This document shows, piece by piece, positions 9,763 to 19,818 of a DNA stretch of 64,000 nucleotides. Positions within the stretch are counted from its first letter, which is position 1, and each line of letters begins with the position of its first letter. The translations under genes and the position numbers were made by a program. Where the stretch lies: contig CAZSGJ010000002.1 of the NCBI GenBank assembly GCA_964606305.1, positions 27,749-91,748 on the forward strand. Reading direction: 5' to 3'. The DNA is from an uncultured Armatimonadia bacterium (GTDB taxonomy: Bacteria; Armatimonadota; Armatimonadia; Armatimonadales; Armatimonadaceae). A model generated the notes under the pieces. The model saw only the letters and a program-made list of their open reading frames with translations, was not told the DNA's origin and did not search any database.

Positions 9763-10941
9763 TCACGGAAGGATTGTCGATGGGCTAAGTTTTTGTGATG
9801 AAACGATATGCCGTTCAATCGCTTCCAAGTCAGGATCGATGCCCCAACCATCACCCTTAGGTATCGTCATCAGACCATCCTCAAGGCGAAGAGCCCCTCC
9901 TCCGAGGTGATCCCGTAGAGGATCCCTCAGACCATCCCGCCTTAGTAGTGGCGGCGGAGCCTCCGTTCGGCCTGGTTGTCGGATATCTGTTGCGAGGAAG
10001 TGCATCGCAGCAGCAACTCCTACCGCGTTACCGGTTGCGATCGGTGAAACATTGATACCGTGAGCGGATGCGAGTGCGCGTATACGGAGTGCTTCTGTCG
10101 GTCCGCCGCACCAGGCTAGGTGGACATGCGCTACATGCACACATCGTGTCCGTAACAGATTTTCAAATTCGGTACGTGTTTGGAGGAGACGACCTGCCGC
10201 GAGAGGCATGCGGATTGCCGCAGCCAAATGTGTATATAGCTCGGGCATGTCTGCCGGAACCGGGTCTTCAAAAACTGAGAAGCGGTTTTCTTCCAGGAGT
10301 CGTCCAATGGCAATGGCTTCCGGGAGGTCGTAGGCGCCGTGTGCTTCTGCGGTGAATGCAGTTTCGGGTAATGCATTCCTGAGGCCTGATATGAGTGCTT
10401 TATCCTGCGTCAGGTTGCGCCCTAGTTGAATGGCGATGGCCCGGTATCCATTGTCGACAAGCGCTCTGGCTTCGTCAACAAGACGCGGGATCCGGTCAAC
10501 TTCAGGACCATCGATGGAATACAAGCCAATGGCAGCACACGGGAGCTTTTCGCGATGGATACCGCCGAACAAGTCACCCGCCCGAATTCCAAGTGTGCGT
10601 GCGCGAAGGTCCCAAATGGCCATATCGAGGCCGCTGATTGCTCCCATCATCGCACCTCGACGTCCATGAGGCTGGGCAGCAAGCCACATGGCCTGCCACA
10701 ATCGTTCATGGTTCAGCGCACATTGACCAAAGAGAATTGGTGCCAACCTTTCTTTGATCAGCGCCTCTGCAGCCTCAGGGAAACCACCACATTCACCCCA
10801 TCCAGTACGCCCATCGGCAGTGTCAACCGCCACGAGTAACGATTCTCGTCTGTACGTTTTCCCGTGGGGTGTACCGATGGGTTCCCAAAGTCTGGCCGCC
10901 AGACGGTAGGTACGAACCCCTGCGATAGGCGCATCCACCAC
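9763..10941 (-). CDS. Enolase-superfamily (mandelate racemase/muconate lactonizing) enzyme, probable sugar-acid dehydratase
   Basis: Has an MR/MLE-like N-terminal capping region (GRTGWGECGG) and a barrel domain. Its GTG start overlaps the eda stop by 1 nt. Confidence 0.7.
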   Translation of the reverse strand: MVDAPIAGVRTYRLAARLWEPIGTPHGKTYRRESLLVAVDTADGRTGWGECGGFPEAAEALIKERLAPILFGQCALNHERLWQAMWLAAQPHGRRGAMMGAISGLDMAIWDLRARTLGIRAGDLFGGIHREKLPCAAIGLYSIDGPEVDRIPRLVDEARALVDNGYRAIAIQLGRNLTQDKALISGLRNALPETAFTAEAHGAYDLPEAIAIGRLLEENRFSVFEDPVPADMPELYTHLAAAIRMPLAAGRLLQTRTEFENLLRTRCVHVAHVHLAWCGGPTEALRIRALASAHGINVSPIATGNAVGVAAAMHFLATDIRQPGRTEAPPPLLRRDGLRDPLRDHLGGGALRLEDGLMTIPKGDGWGIDPDLEAIERHIVSSQKLSPSTILP

Positions 10942-11588
10942 TATGTGCCCCGTGCCATCGCTACGGTACTTACGAACAACTTGGCTCTGGTTTGAATCCC
11001 GTCCGAATCCCGGTTGCTGAGGAGGGCTTCACTTACCAGATTACTCCCTGCAGCAACAGCGATGCATCCAGCAGAAAAAAGTTCAGGGATGGTCGTTACA
11101 TCCACTCCACCTGTTGGAATGATTCGCAGATGCGGAAGCGGTGCAAGAAGCGCCTTAATGTACTTCGCCCCAAGGGTATCAGCGGGAAAAAGCTTGACAA
11201 AGTCCGCACCTGAATCATGTGCCATTTGCGCTTCTGTTGGCGTGTAGGCACCGCACACAATCGGGATATCTGCGTCATTACACGCTTTGATAACGGCTGT
11301 GTTCAGAACAGGTGTCACCACAAACTGAGCTCCGGCATCGGCGGCAGCCAGAACGTGATCAACGCATAGGACACTGCCTATTCCCATGGTTACCTGAGGA
11401 AGGCGCGCGCGAACGTCAGAAACGAGTTTTAGCGCACCTGGCGTCGTAAGGGTCGCTTCCACCACATGGCAGCCTACTGACCCCAATGCCTCGACAGCTT
11501 CAAAACAGAATGCATCGGACTTTGAGCGAACGATAGCAATTAAACCCGCATCGGAGATAGTTCCAGAGACCGACTTTCTGTTCGTCAT
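10941..11588 (-). CDS. eda: 2-dehydro-3-deoxyphosphogluconate / 4-hydroxy-2-oxoglutarate aldolase
   Basis: 215 aa with Eda-like motifs (VVEATLTTPGA, GAQFVVTP, KLFPA, IPTGGV). Confidence 0.85.
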   Translation of the reverse strand: MTNRKSVSGTISDAGLIAIVRSKSDAFCFEAVEALGSVGCHVVEATLTTPGALKLVSDVRARLPQVTMGIGSVLCVDHVLAAADAGAQFVVTPVLNTAVIKACNDADIPIVCGAYTPTEAQMAHDSGADFVKLFPADTLGAKYIKALLAPLPHLRIIPTGGVDVTTIPELFSAGCIAVAAGSNLVSEALLSNRDSDGIQTRAKLFVSTVAMARGT

Positions 11589-11635
11589 AGGGATACACTC
11601 TCCTCTTTGGTGCGTCAGCGATATTGAATTACATT

Positions 11636-12646
11636 CTACCGGACGACGCCTGATGTTGAATTAGCAAGCATCACGGATTCGACATCCTTGCGTCCAAATG
11701 TGCAAAAATCGCCCTTTATGCCATGCTTGAGTGCAAGCGCAGCGGCTCCAAAGTTAAGGCAATGGTTCATCTCCTTCCCGCTCATCAACTCGGAGAGAAA
11801 TGCACCGGCAAATGCATCCCCACCGCCAACTCGTTCAATCATGGTGATACAGCGGTTTGGCGTTTGGTAAGTGTTACCAGCTGCGTCCATTGCGATAACA
11901 CTCCAGTTATCGTGAAAATCATCCTCAGCGCGACGACGCGATACAACCACGTTACTGAGGCCGGAATTGTGCTCGTGCAGGAAACTGGCTTTCTCAAAGT
12001 CAGACTCTTGCGTGCAGTCAAAGAGCATCCTGGCATGGTTTTCGTTTACGATGAGTGTGTCGACGAAAGACAGCACCGGACCTACCCCCTCCCTTGCCTT
12101 CTCAACGGACCATAGTTTCATGCGATAGTTGACATCCATTGACACATGAATGCCGGAATCCCTGCATCGCCTAAGTAACCGCATAAGCGTATCTGTTGCT
12201 TGCCCACCGATTGCGATCGTAATTCCAGTGAAGTGAAAATGGGTCACTCCTTCCAGCATCGCCCCTATTTCGGAATCGGATGGGCTCCAGCATGTCACAG
12301 CAGATCCAGCACGATCGTAGATGACAGATGCTGGCAGTAATCCAGATGCAGGCTCAACGAAATAAATCCCAAGCCTGCCGGGCATACAGTGGATGTGAGC
12401 GGCGTCGACCCCGAAAGACCGAACCTTCATCATGGCAGCATCGGCTAAGGGATTATCAGGCAGTGCAGTGACGTAACGAGCACTGCTCCCCATTCGGGCT
12501 GCAGCCACGGCAACATTACACTCGGCACCGCCAAACGCGAGATCTGCAATGTTAGCGGTAATCAGCCTGCTGTCCCCAGCGGGCGAAATACGGAGCATTA
12601 ACTCTCCGAACGTCATTAGCATCGGCATACTTTCACAATAACGCAT
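11636..12646 (-). CDS. kdgK: PfkB-family sugar kinase, probable 2-dehydro-3-deoxygluconokinase
   Basis: Has PfkB motifs (FGGAECNVA; C-terminal GGGDAFAGAF). It lies in an operon with eda. The start may be one of the internal Mets (MLMTFGELMLR). Confidence 0.75.
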   Translation of the reverse strand: MRYCESMPMLMTFGELMLRISPAGDSRLITANIADLAFGGAECNVAVAAARMGSSARYVTALPDNPLADAAMMKVRSFGVDAAHIHCMPGRLGIYFVEPASGLLPASVIYDRAGSAVTCWSPSDSEIGAMLEGVTHFHFTGITIAIGGQATDTLMRLLRRCRDSGIHVSMDVNYRMKLWSVEKAREGVGPVLSFVDTLIVNENHARMLFDCTQESDFEKASFLHEHNSGLSNVVVSRRRAEDDFHDNWSVIAMDAAGNTYQTPNRCITMIERVGGGDAFAGAFLSELMSGKEMNHCLNFGAAALALKHGIKGDFCTFGRKDVESVMLANSTSGVVR

Positions 12647-12697
12647 ATCACACCCTCTTCACGGTAAAATTCGCGTTTGGAAGACCAAAGGTGACTC

Positions 12698-14137
12698 ATG
12701 TTTGACAATCTTGCCGAAAAGCTGCAAACAGCTTTTGCTAAGCTGCGTGGAAATCAGAAGCTAACGGAAGCGGATATCGATGAAGCGATGCGCATCGTTC
12801 GTTCTGCATTGCTCGAAGCGGATGTCAACTTCCGTGTGGTCAAGAGTTTTATCAGCCGGGTTAAAGAGCAGGCTCTGGGCGCTGAAGTCCTTGATGGGCT
12901 TCAGCCAGGTCAACAGGTCATCAAGTTCGTCCATGATGAGCTTGTCCGTACGCTGTCAGGGCTTGGTCCAGATGAGTCCATTGACGGAGCCGTCGCAGTT
13001 CCACTGAATATTCAATCCCGTGCGATGACGGTGATCATGCTTTGCGGCTTACAGGGTGCTGGTAAAACAACGCTTGCCGGAAAACTTGCTAAGCGGTTGA
13101 TTGGTCAGGGTAAGCAAGTGTTACTTGCTGCCTGTGACATCCAGCGCCCGGCAGCCATCCAGCAGCTTCAGGTCGTTGGAGGTCAGGTTGGCGCAACCGT
13201 GTATACCCAGGCGGGCATGGGTCCAGTGGACGTTGCGAAAAATGCGGTGGCCTTCGCCACTGACAAGCGTCTGGACATCGTGATATTGGACACGGCAGGC
13301 CGTCTCCATGTTGATGGAGCGCTTATGGATGAGCTCAAAGCCGTCCACAGCGCAACGTCCCCGCATGAGACATTGCTAGTTGTTGATGCGATGACAGGTC
13401 AGGATGCAGTCAATGTAGCAACACAGTTCACAGAAGCAATTGATGTGACCGGTTTCGTACTGACAAAGGTCGACGGCGACACACGCGGCGGTGCGGCGAT
13501 TTCTTTGCGGGCGGTGGCGGGAAAGCCCATAAAGCTTGCGGGAATCGGCGAGAAGATGGATGCTCTGGAGCCATTCCATCCAGACCGTATCGCTCAGCGT
13601 ATCCTCGGCATGGGCGATGTTCTTTCATTGATAGAGAAGGCGGAAGCCGCTGTCGATGAAAAGCGCGCCGTTGAGATGGAAAAAAAGCTTCGTCAGGGCA
13701 AGTTTGACTTCGAGGACTTTCTGGAGCAAATGCAGCAAATGCGTAAGCTTGGCCCCTTGGAGCAATTGTTAAAGATGATTCCGGGAGTTGGCTCTCAGCT
13801 CAAAGATGTCGACTTTGGAGCTGGCGAAAAGGAAATGGCAAAGTTCGAGGCCATTGTGCGGAGCATGACGCCCAAAGAGCGAAAGAACCCGGAAATTATC
13901 AATGGAAGCCGCCGAAAGCGGATTGCTGCAGGCTCCGGGGTACCTGTTTCTGATGTAAATATGGCATTGAACCGATTTGAGCAGATGAGAAACCTGATGA
14001 AAGGTCTTTCAAGTGGTAAGATGCCCGGGTTGTCTGGAATGCCTGCGGTCCCTGGAATGCCAGGACAGCGGCGTCCAGCGAAGAAGGGTAAGGGTGGAGG
14101 TCCATCTGGACGGATCCGTCCTCCGTTTGTTCGTTAG
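12698..14137 (+). CDS. ffh: Signal recognition particle protein Ffh
   Basis: Has the N and G domains (GLQGAGKTT, DTAGR, TKVDGD) and a Met-rich M domain with a basic tail. Confidence 0.97.
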   Translation: MFDNLAEKLQTAFAKLRGNQKLTEADIDEAMRIVRSALLEADVNFRVVKSFISRVKEQALGAEVLDGLQPGQQVIKFVHDELVRTLSGLGPDESIDGAVAVPLNIQSRAMTVIMLCGLQGAGKTTLAGKLAKRLIGQGKQVLLAACDIQRPAAIQQLQVVGGQVGATVYTQAGMGPVDVAKNAVAFATDKRLDIVILDTAGRLHVDGALMDELKAVHSATSPHETLLVVDAMTGQDAVNVATQFTEAIDVTGFVLTKVDGDTRGGAAISLRAVAGKPIKLAGIGEKMDALEPFHPDRIAQRILGMGDVLSLIEKAEAAVDEKRAVEMEKKLRQGKFDFEDFLEQMQQMRKLGPLEQLLKMIPGVGSQLKDVDFGAGEKEMAKFEAIVRSMTPKERKNPEIINGSRRKRIAAGSGVPVSDVNMALNRFEQMRNLMKGLSSGKMPGLSGMPAVPGMPGQRRPAKKGKGGGPSGRIRPPFVR

Positions 14138-14193
14138 GCGATTTTTCGGCTTCCAATGCCGTAAACTGGGTTTGAGGGAAATTAGGAAAGCAT

Positions 14194-14466
14194 ATGGTTA
14201 AGATTCGTTTGCGCCGTGATGGCGCCAAGAAGCGCCCGTTCTACCACATCGTTGCAGCAGATGTTCGCCGTGCGCGTGATGGTCGCTTTATTGAAGAGCT
14301 CGGCTATTACAATCCGATGGTTGCAGCAGATGTTGCTCCAATTGTGGAACTAAAAGAAGACCGCGTACGCTATTGGCTTGGAGTTGGCGCTCAACCGACA
14401 GATAAGGTTCACCATATCCTTTTGAAGAGCGGTTTGATCGAAGCAACAACAAAGGCTGAAGGCTAA
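14194..14466 (+). CDS. rpsP: 30S ribosomal protein S16
   Basis: Canonical [18 protein letters not shown]-terminus. Confidence 0.97.
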   Translation: MVKIRLRRDGAKKRPFYHIVAADVRRARDGRFIEELGYYNPMVAADVAPIVELKEDRVRYWLGVGAQPTDKVHHILLKSGLIEATTKAEG

Positions 14467-14494
14467 ACTTCAGTCGTTCAAAGAAGGTCCACCG

Positions 14495-14725
14495 TTGAAA
14501 TCGACTGTTGAATTTCTGGTAAAAGAGCTCGTAGACAATCCTGATGCTGTAGAGGTAACAGAGATTGAGGGTGATGATGCGACGACTTACGAAGTTCGCG
14601 TATCACCCGATGACTTGGGAAAGGTTATTGGAAAGCAAGGGCGCATCGCCAATGCCATCCGCACCCTTGTCAAGGCTGTTGCCATGAAGGACAAGCGTAA
14701 AGTATACGTGGAAATTCTTGCATAG
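14495..14725 (+). CDS. KH-domain RNA-binding protein (UPF0109/YlqC family)
   Basis: 76 aa with the GKVIGKQGRIANAIRTL KH motif. It sits in the conserved position between rpsP and rimM. TTG start. Confidence 0.9.
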   Translation: MKSTVEFLVKELVDNPDAVEVTEIEGDDATTYEVRVSPDDLGKVIGKQGRIANAIRTLVKAVAMKDKRKVYVEILA

Positions 14726-14772
14726 CCAAGATCGACCGTTTGTACTTTGTGGGCGTGAAGTGAGTTTCATAA

Positions 14773-15282
14773 ATGGATAGTCAATCCGTACTCATTGGAA
14801 CAATCGCTGCGCCATTTGGTGTACGGGGCGAAGTCAAAGTCATGGCACACTTCGCCCGGATGCCTCAGATAAAATCATTCACATCGCTTGAGCTTGTGTC
14901 ACCGGAGGGCGTGGGTGCACCGGTGAAGGTCGTCTCGGTGCGTCATCACCCACCTAGCTGGCTGGTGTTACTCGATGGAATCGATCGCAATCAGGCGGAA
15001 CTTCTGCACGGCTACACATTACGTGCGCTCAAGACTGAGCTGCCTGCCCTACCGGCGGATGAGTATTACGCCTTTGACATTGAAGGCTGTCGTGTCATCA
15101 CAGACGCTGGTCGCGACTTCGGTACGGTTCACACAGTGCATGTCAATGCGAATAGCAATGATGTCTACGAAACCGATGTAGCGATGATTCCAGCCGTTGA
15201 ACAGTTCGTTCTGGCTGTCGATATTGCAAGCAAACAAATTACAGTCCGTGATGTACCGGGCCTGCGGGTAGATGAGCTCTAG
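14773..15282 (+). CDS. rimM: 16S rRNA processing protein RimM
   Basis: 169 aa with [12 protein letters not shown] and a PRC-barrel C-terminus, in the conserved context. Confidence 0.9.
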   Translation: MDSQSVLIGTIAAPFGVRGEVKVMAHFARMPQIKSFTSLELVSPEGVGAPVKVVSVRHHPPSWLVLLDGIDRNQAELLHGYTLRALKTELPALPADEYYAFDIEGCRVITDAGRDFGTVHTVHVNANSNDVYETDVAMIPAVEQFVLAVDIASKQITVRDVPGLRVDEL

Positions 15283-16048
15283 CGACAAACCATTTCAGGG
15301 CTACTCGGTCAATGTCGTAACCCTCTTCCCGGAATTTATACTGCAAGCCGTTGATCACAGCATCCTTGGCCGTGCAATTGCCGCGGGATTAGTCACGGTG
15401 AACGTCATAAACCCGCGGGACTTCTCAACCAACAAGCACAAAACTGTGGATGATTACCCATTCGGTGGCGGTGCCGGAATGGTTATGAAAACCGAGCCAC
15501 TCGTTGCGGCGATTGAGGCATCCCGGGAATCCAGCCAAATCGCGGTACCCGTCATTTACATGTCGCCGGCGGGTGAGACCCTTACACAAGACATCGCAGC
15601 CGAGCTCGCTACTCTCAATGGCATCACACTGGTTTGTGGTCATTATGAAGGCATTGATGAGCGCGTGCGAGAACATTGGATTGACCGGGAACTTTCAATT
15701 GGTGATTATGTCCTAACGGGCGGCGAACCCGCAGCATTAGTCGTTATTGACGCAGTATGCCGATTGCTCCCAGGGGTGCTTGGAAACACCGAAAGTCCTG
15801 CTGACGAATCATTTTCTACCGGAAAACTGGAATACCCGCATTACACACGCCCGGCGGACTTTCGCGGACACAAAGTTCCTGATATTCTATTGTCGGGTCA
15901 CCACGCCAATATAGATGATTGGCGGCGAACACAAGCGCTCGTGCGTACGCGTTCCCGCCGACCAGATCTTTGGGAGCGGTTGCAGCCCTTGTCGAAGGAA
16001 GACCGAAAACGGATCGACACCTATGACAGGCTCGCAGAGTCTAAATGA
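15272..16048 (+). CDS. trmD: tRNA (guanine37-N1)-methyltransferase TrmD
   Basis: Motifs [32 protein letters not shown] and LTGGE. Overlaps rimM by 11 nt. Confidence 0.97.
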   Translation: MSSSDKPFQGYSVNVVTLFPEFILQAVDHSILGRAIAAGLVTVNVINPRDFSTNKHKTVDDYPFGGGAGMVMKTEPLVAAIEASRESSQIAVPVIYMSPAGETLTQDIAAELATLNGITLVCGHYEGIDERVREHWIDRELSIGDYVLTGGEPAALVVIDAVCRLLPGVLGNTESPADESFSTGKLEYPHYTRPADFRGHKVPDILLSGHHANIDDWRRTQALVRTRSRRPDLWERLQPLSKEDRKRIDTYDRLAESK

Positions 16049-16163
16049 CTCTGGTCCCCCGGATGGTGAACGGATAACGTCACCGAGGCGGCAAGAGATT
16101 GTCGTGGCGACGCTTTCAATGTCCCAACCTGCCCTCTGGCTGGGGTCGACCTCTTGAAAACGG

Positions 16164-16199
16164 CCGAAACCGACCTACGGCTCAACCGTCGGTTTACGG
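16164..16199 (+). promoter_or_regulatory. Possible rplS 5'-leader hairpin abutting the Shine-Dalgarno sequence
   Basis: 8-bp perfect stem AAACCGAC/GTCGGTTT inside a 161-nt trmD-rplS spacer. The 3' arm runs into ACGGAG just upstream of the ATG at 16210. Confidence 0.3.
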
Positions 16200-16209
16200 A
16201 GTTAGTTAA

Positions 16210-16581
16210 ATGGCAAACGAAACCATTATTCGTGCAATTGAGAATGCGCAAAAGCGCACCGATGTTCCTCGCTTCCGAGGTGGAGACACTGTTCGTGTTC
16301 ACGCTAAGGTTGTTGAAGGTGGTAAGGAACGTATCCAGATCTTTGAAGGTGTTGCACTTGCACGCCGCGGCGAAGGCATCCGAGATACGGTTCTCGTACG
16401 TAAAGTCACCAATGGTGTTGGTGTTGAGCGTACATTCCTGGTGCATTCACCACGCATTGATAAAATCGAAGTTGTCCGTCGAGGCGCTGTCCGACGTTCC
16501 AAGCTCTACTTCCTGCGTGATCGCGTAGGTAAGGCAGCGCGTATCAAGGAAGACCGCAACGGTCGCTTCGCTGACAAGTAA
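16210..16581 (+). CDS. rplS: 50S ribosomal protein L19
   Basis: Motifs [22 protein letters not shown] and VHSP.I..IEV. Confidence 0.97.
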   Translation: MANETIIRAIENAQKRTDVPRFRGGDTVRVHAKVVEGGKERIQIFEGVALARRGEGIRDTVLVRKVTNGVGVERTFLVHSPRIDKIEVVRRGAVRRSKLYFLRDRVGKAARIKEDRNGRFADK

Positions 16582-16607
16582 GTACTTTGGGAGCAACGCA
16601 ACGTTAA

Positions 16608-17429
16608 GTGGAGTCCTTAACCGATAAGCTTTCAACTCTTCCGTTGCCCGTTGTTGTCTCAATACTTGCCCTCCTTACGGCTGTCCGTGTTTCCTGGAAA
16701 GGTGACCGGTCAGCCGTTTTTCGTATCCTCACCGAGATAATCGAAACAATCCAGATTGCCGTAGCGCTCGTTTTCCTAATCATCCGACCGTTTCTCGTTC
16801 TAACGTTTCATATACCGACAGGGTCTATGCAACCTACACTCGATATAAACGACAGGATTGTTGTCAATAGAGTTATCTATCGGGTGGTACCGATTCAATA
16901 TGGTGATGTTGTCGTCTTCAGGGCTCCTGTTGCCGCAGACAAACAAGAGAAAGAGTTCATCAAGCGCGTCATAGGACGTGCGGGGGATTTGATTTCAATT
17001 GAACCGGGCAGCATAACAATTGATGACTCAGTTCTCACGCATACCGACATCCGAACAATACTACGAAGCAAAAACATTATCGAATCATCGGATTCACCGC
17101 TTCTCTTTGCGAAGGACGGCCTCTGGACTGGGAAGAGGAAAATCGATGTTCAGGAGATCAAGGATTTGCTGAAATGCAAGTCACGGCCGTTGATCACACC
17201 CGGTCACGTAAAGCGGAATGGCAACGTCCTGACAGAGCTGTACATCAGAGAAGATCCTGACTACATCGATTTCGATCACAAAATCCCACCAGGGCATATT
17301 TATGTGCTTGGCGACAATCGAAATGACTCGCATGACAGCCACCGCTGGGGCAGTGTACCGGTTGACAGGGTCATCGGTCGTGCAGATGCCGTCATCTTTC
17401 CGCTGGCACGAATGAAACTGATTCAATGA
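16608..17429 (+). CDS. lepB: Signal peptidase I
   Basis: Has an N-terminal TM segment, the catalytic Ser box (GSMQPTL), the Lys box (KRVIG) and GDNRNDSHDSHRWG. GTG start. Confidence 0.93.
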   Translation: MESLTDKLSTLPLPVVVSILALLTAVRVSWKGDRSAVFRILTEIIETIQIAVALVFLIIRPFLVLTFHIPTGSMQPTLDINDRIVVNRVIYRVVPIQYGDVVVFRAPVAADKQEKEFIKRVIGRAGDLISIEPGSITIDDSVLTHTDIRTILRSKNIIESSDSPLLFAKDGLWTGKRKIDVQEIKDLLKCKSRPLITPGHVKRNGNVLTELYIREDPDYIDFDHKIPPGHIYVLGDNRNDSHDSHRWGSVPVDRVIGRADAVIFPLARMKLIQ

Positions 17430-18052
17430 CCACTGACCGAACCGTATTCGAAGCAGAATGCCATGCAAATGGCTGGCTAAATGTTGCCGGAGTTGATGAA
17501 GTTGGACGTGGTCCGTTAGCGGGTCCCGTTGTAACCGCAGCGGTCATCTTCCCACCCGGGTTCATGCACGCAGATATCAAGGATTCCAAAAAGCTATCCG
17601 AATCCAGGCGATCTGCACTCGTTGACGTCATTAAACAAAACGCGATTTGCTGGAACGTAGATATTGGACCGGTTCATGAAATCGACAGTATTAACATTCT
17701 TCAGGCGACCTGGGCATCGATGCGAAGAGCTGTTACTGGTCTCGCTGTATATCCGGATGCGGTACTGGTTGATGGAAGTCCGGTGCCCCGGCTGCACGAT
17801 CGATGCACGTCCATAGTCAAGGGAGATGACAAATCGGTGAGTATCGCAGCAGCATCCATTCTGGCGAAGGTCACCCGGGATAACATCATGATGCAAGCCC
17901 ATACGGATTACCCGGTTTACGGCTTTGATCGCCACAAGGGCTATCCAAGTCCTGAACACCTTCTGGCGCTGCGCACCTATGGACCATGCCCACTCCATCG
18001 CAGGAGCTATGCTCCGGTTGCACAAGCCTCTCTGGACTTCGGCATTCAATAA
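17426..18052 (+). CDS. rnhB: Ribonuclease HII
   Basis: Motifs AGVDEVGRGPLAGPVV, DSKKLS and GYPS.EH. Overlaps lepB by 4 nt. Confidence 0.95.
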   Translation: MTTDRTVFEAECHANGWLNVAGVDEVGRGPLAGPVVTAAVIFPPGFMHADIKDSKKLSESRRSALVDVIKQNAICWNVDIGPVHEIDSINILQATWASMRRAVTGLAVYPDAVLVDGSPVPRLHDRCTSIVKGDDKSVSIAAASILAKVTRDNIMMQAHTDYPVYGFDRHKGYPSPEHLLALRTYGPCPLHRRSYAPVAQASLDFGIQ

Positions 18053-18130
18053 TGTCTGGCATTACCTGCCGACCAGTTTTAGATAACTTCGTTCGAAGCC
18101 CGGATCATCGCCGTTGCATCATAGTAGAAA

Positions 18131-19087
18131 CTAGTAGCCACGCTTGAAGTCCACAACATTTAGTAATGGCTCATCACTGACATAACGCCTAAGATTGTCA
18201 ACAAATAAGTCCAACAGCCGAACACGCAGGCCATCGGTCCACGCACTGCTGTGACAGGTTATATGTACGCTTGGATGGCTCCACAGTGCACTGTCGGTAG
18301 GAAGTGGCTCCGGAGTCGTGACATCAAGGATTGCTGTGCTGACCTTGCCGGAATCCAGACACCGTAAGAGCTCTTCCTGATCAATGACGCCCCCGCGTGC
18401 AACATTGATTATTTTGGCACCCGGCCGTAGCACTTCCAGCACCTGTTGGCTCACAAGTCCAGCAGTCTCAGGAGTCATGGCACACGCAAGGATGAGCCAA
18501 TCGACTTTCGGGACCATCTCCATCAAACCAGAAAGACCAGAGTAAACGGCATCGACCCCTGCGACTGAAATGGGACGTTTACGATGCATCATCACCGTAC
18601 AGCCCACCGCCTTACATGCGTGCGCTATGTGTTGCGCGACGGGACCCGCTCCTATGATTCCTACGGTACTCCCTGCCACCTCTGAATGCGTGACCCACTC
18701 CCAATGTCGGTCTTTCTGCATCTCCAAAAACTGGGGAACCTTATGCGTCACCGCAAGCATCCATGTAATGACAAACTCTGCCATTGATGGCCCGTATGCA
18801 GGTCCACTGTCCGTGAGAATAAGATCCGGATGCGACAGCACTGCAGGAACCATGACGTGGTCAACGCCAGCGGATGCCGTGTGGAGCCATTGTTTCCGGC
18901 TTTGGTCCATCAGCTCATCAAAGCGTGCGCCTGCAATCCAACGGATGACGACATCGGCATGGGAATCACGCAGATTGGGGGCATTGTCAGCAAATCCAAC
19001 AAGTTCGACATAATCTGACCCGCTGGAACGCAGGCGGACGGTGAGGTCCTCAACGATCGACTCAGGAACAAGGACTCTAATGGGCAT
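18131..19087 (-). CDS. D-isomer-specific 2-hydroxyacid dehydrogenase family protein
   Basis: Has an NAD-binding motif (GIIGAGPVAQHIA) and ARGGVIDQEEL, followed by a catalytic His region. Confidence 0.8.
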   Translation of the reverse strand: MPIRVLVPESIVEDLTVRLRSSGSDYVELVGFADNAPNLRDSHADVVIRWIAGARFDELMDQSRKQWLHTASAGVDHVMVPAVLSHPDLILTDSGPAYGPSMAEFVITWMLAVTHKVPQFLEMQKDRHWEWVTHSEVAGSTVGIIGAGPVAQHIAHACKAVGCTVMMHRKRPISVAGVDAVYSGLSGLMEMVPKVDWLILACAMTPETAGLVSQQVLEVLRPGAKIINVARGGVIDQEELLRCLDSGKVSTAILDVTTPEPLPTDSALWSHPSVHITCHSSAWTDGLRVRLLDLFVDNLRRYVSDEPLLNVVDFKRGY

Positions 19088-19755
19088 CAGAGTTTCTCAA
19101 AGACCACGATATGTTGCCACGGAAGCGATGGGTTCGTTTCAACCCACTTTACGGGAAACAATGCCAACTCTTTACGAAGCTGTGCCTGAGACATTTTGTG
19201 CACTTCCTTGATTGGCACACGTCGGTCTTCTTTACGATATTCAACGATAACCAGACGTCCCCCAACTTTGAGGGACTTGACCATGGATGCAGTCATCTCG
19301 TATGGCTTGTCAAACTCATGGTAAACATCAACCAATAAGATGAGGTCAACTGAATTTGGCTTTAGGCACGCATCGTCCGTCTTTCCCAAAACTGTTTCGA
19401 CATTGTTCACCCGTTTTATGCGCGACCGTTCATTGATAATCGCCAACATTTCCGGCTGGATATCCACAGCGAGAATTTTTCCCTTCGTGCCTACCCGTGG
19501 AGCCATCCTAAAGGTGAAATATCCACTGCCGGCACCGATATCAGCAACAACCATTCCGGGTTTCAGTCTGAGCGCGCGCACCAACACATCCGGAGCCTCC
19601 TCCGTTTCCCGCTCAGGTCTCTCGAGCCAATCTGCACCCTCGTGCCCCATCACCAACGCAATCTCACGGTCCATGTAAAAAATGCCGGTTCCGTTCGGGT
19701 CATGCATTGCACGTCGCTCATATATCGGTTGTCTCTGGTTTTGTAATGGCCACAT
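19087..19755 (-). CDS. Class I SAM-dependent methyltransferase
   Basis: Has SAM motif I (VADIGAGSGYFT) and the post-I acidic residue (AVDIQ). The start may be an internal Met. Confidence 0.8.
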   Translation of the reverse strand: MWPLQNQRQPIYERRAMHDPNGTGIFYMDREIALVMGHEGADWLERPERETEEAPDVLVRALRLKPGMVVADIGAGSGYFTFRMAPRVGTKGKILAVDIQPEMLAIINERSRIKRVNNVETVLGKTDDACLKPNSVDLILLVDVYHEFDKPYEMTASMVKSLKVGGRLVIVEYRKEDRRVPIKEVHKMSQAQLRKELALFPVKWVETNPSLPWQHIVVFEKL

Positions 19756-19818
19756 GCCCCGATTCTACCCGGAGACCAATCTAGCGGATACCATAAATGC
19801 AGACTTATTCTGTGAGGA

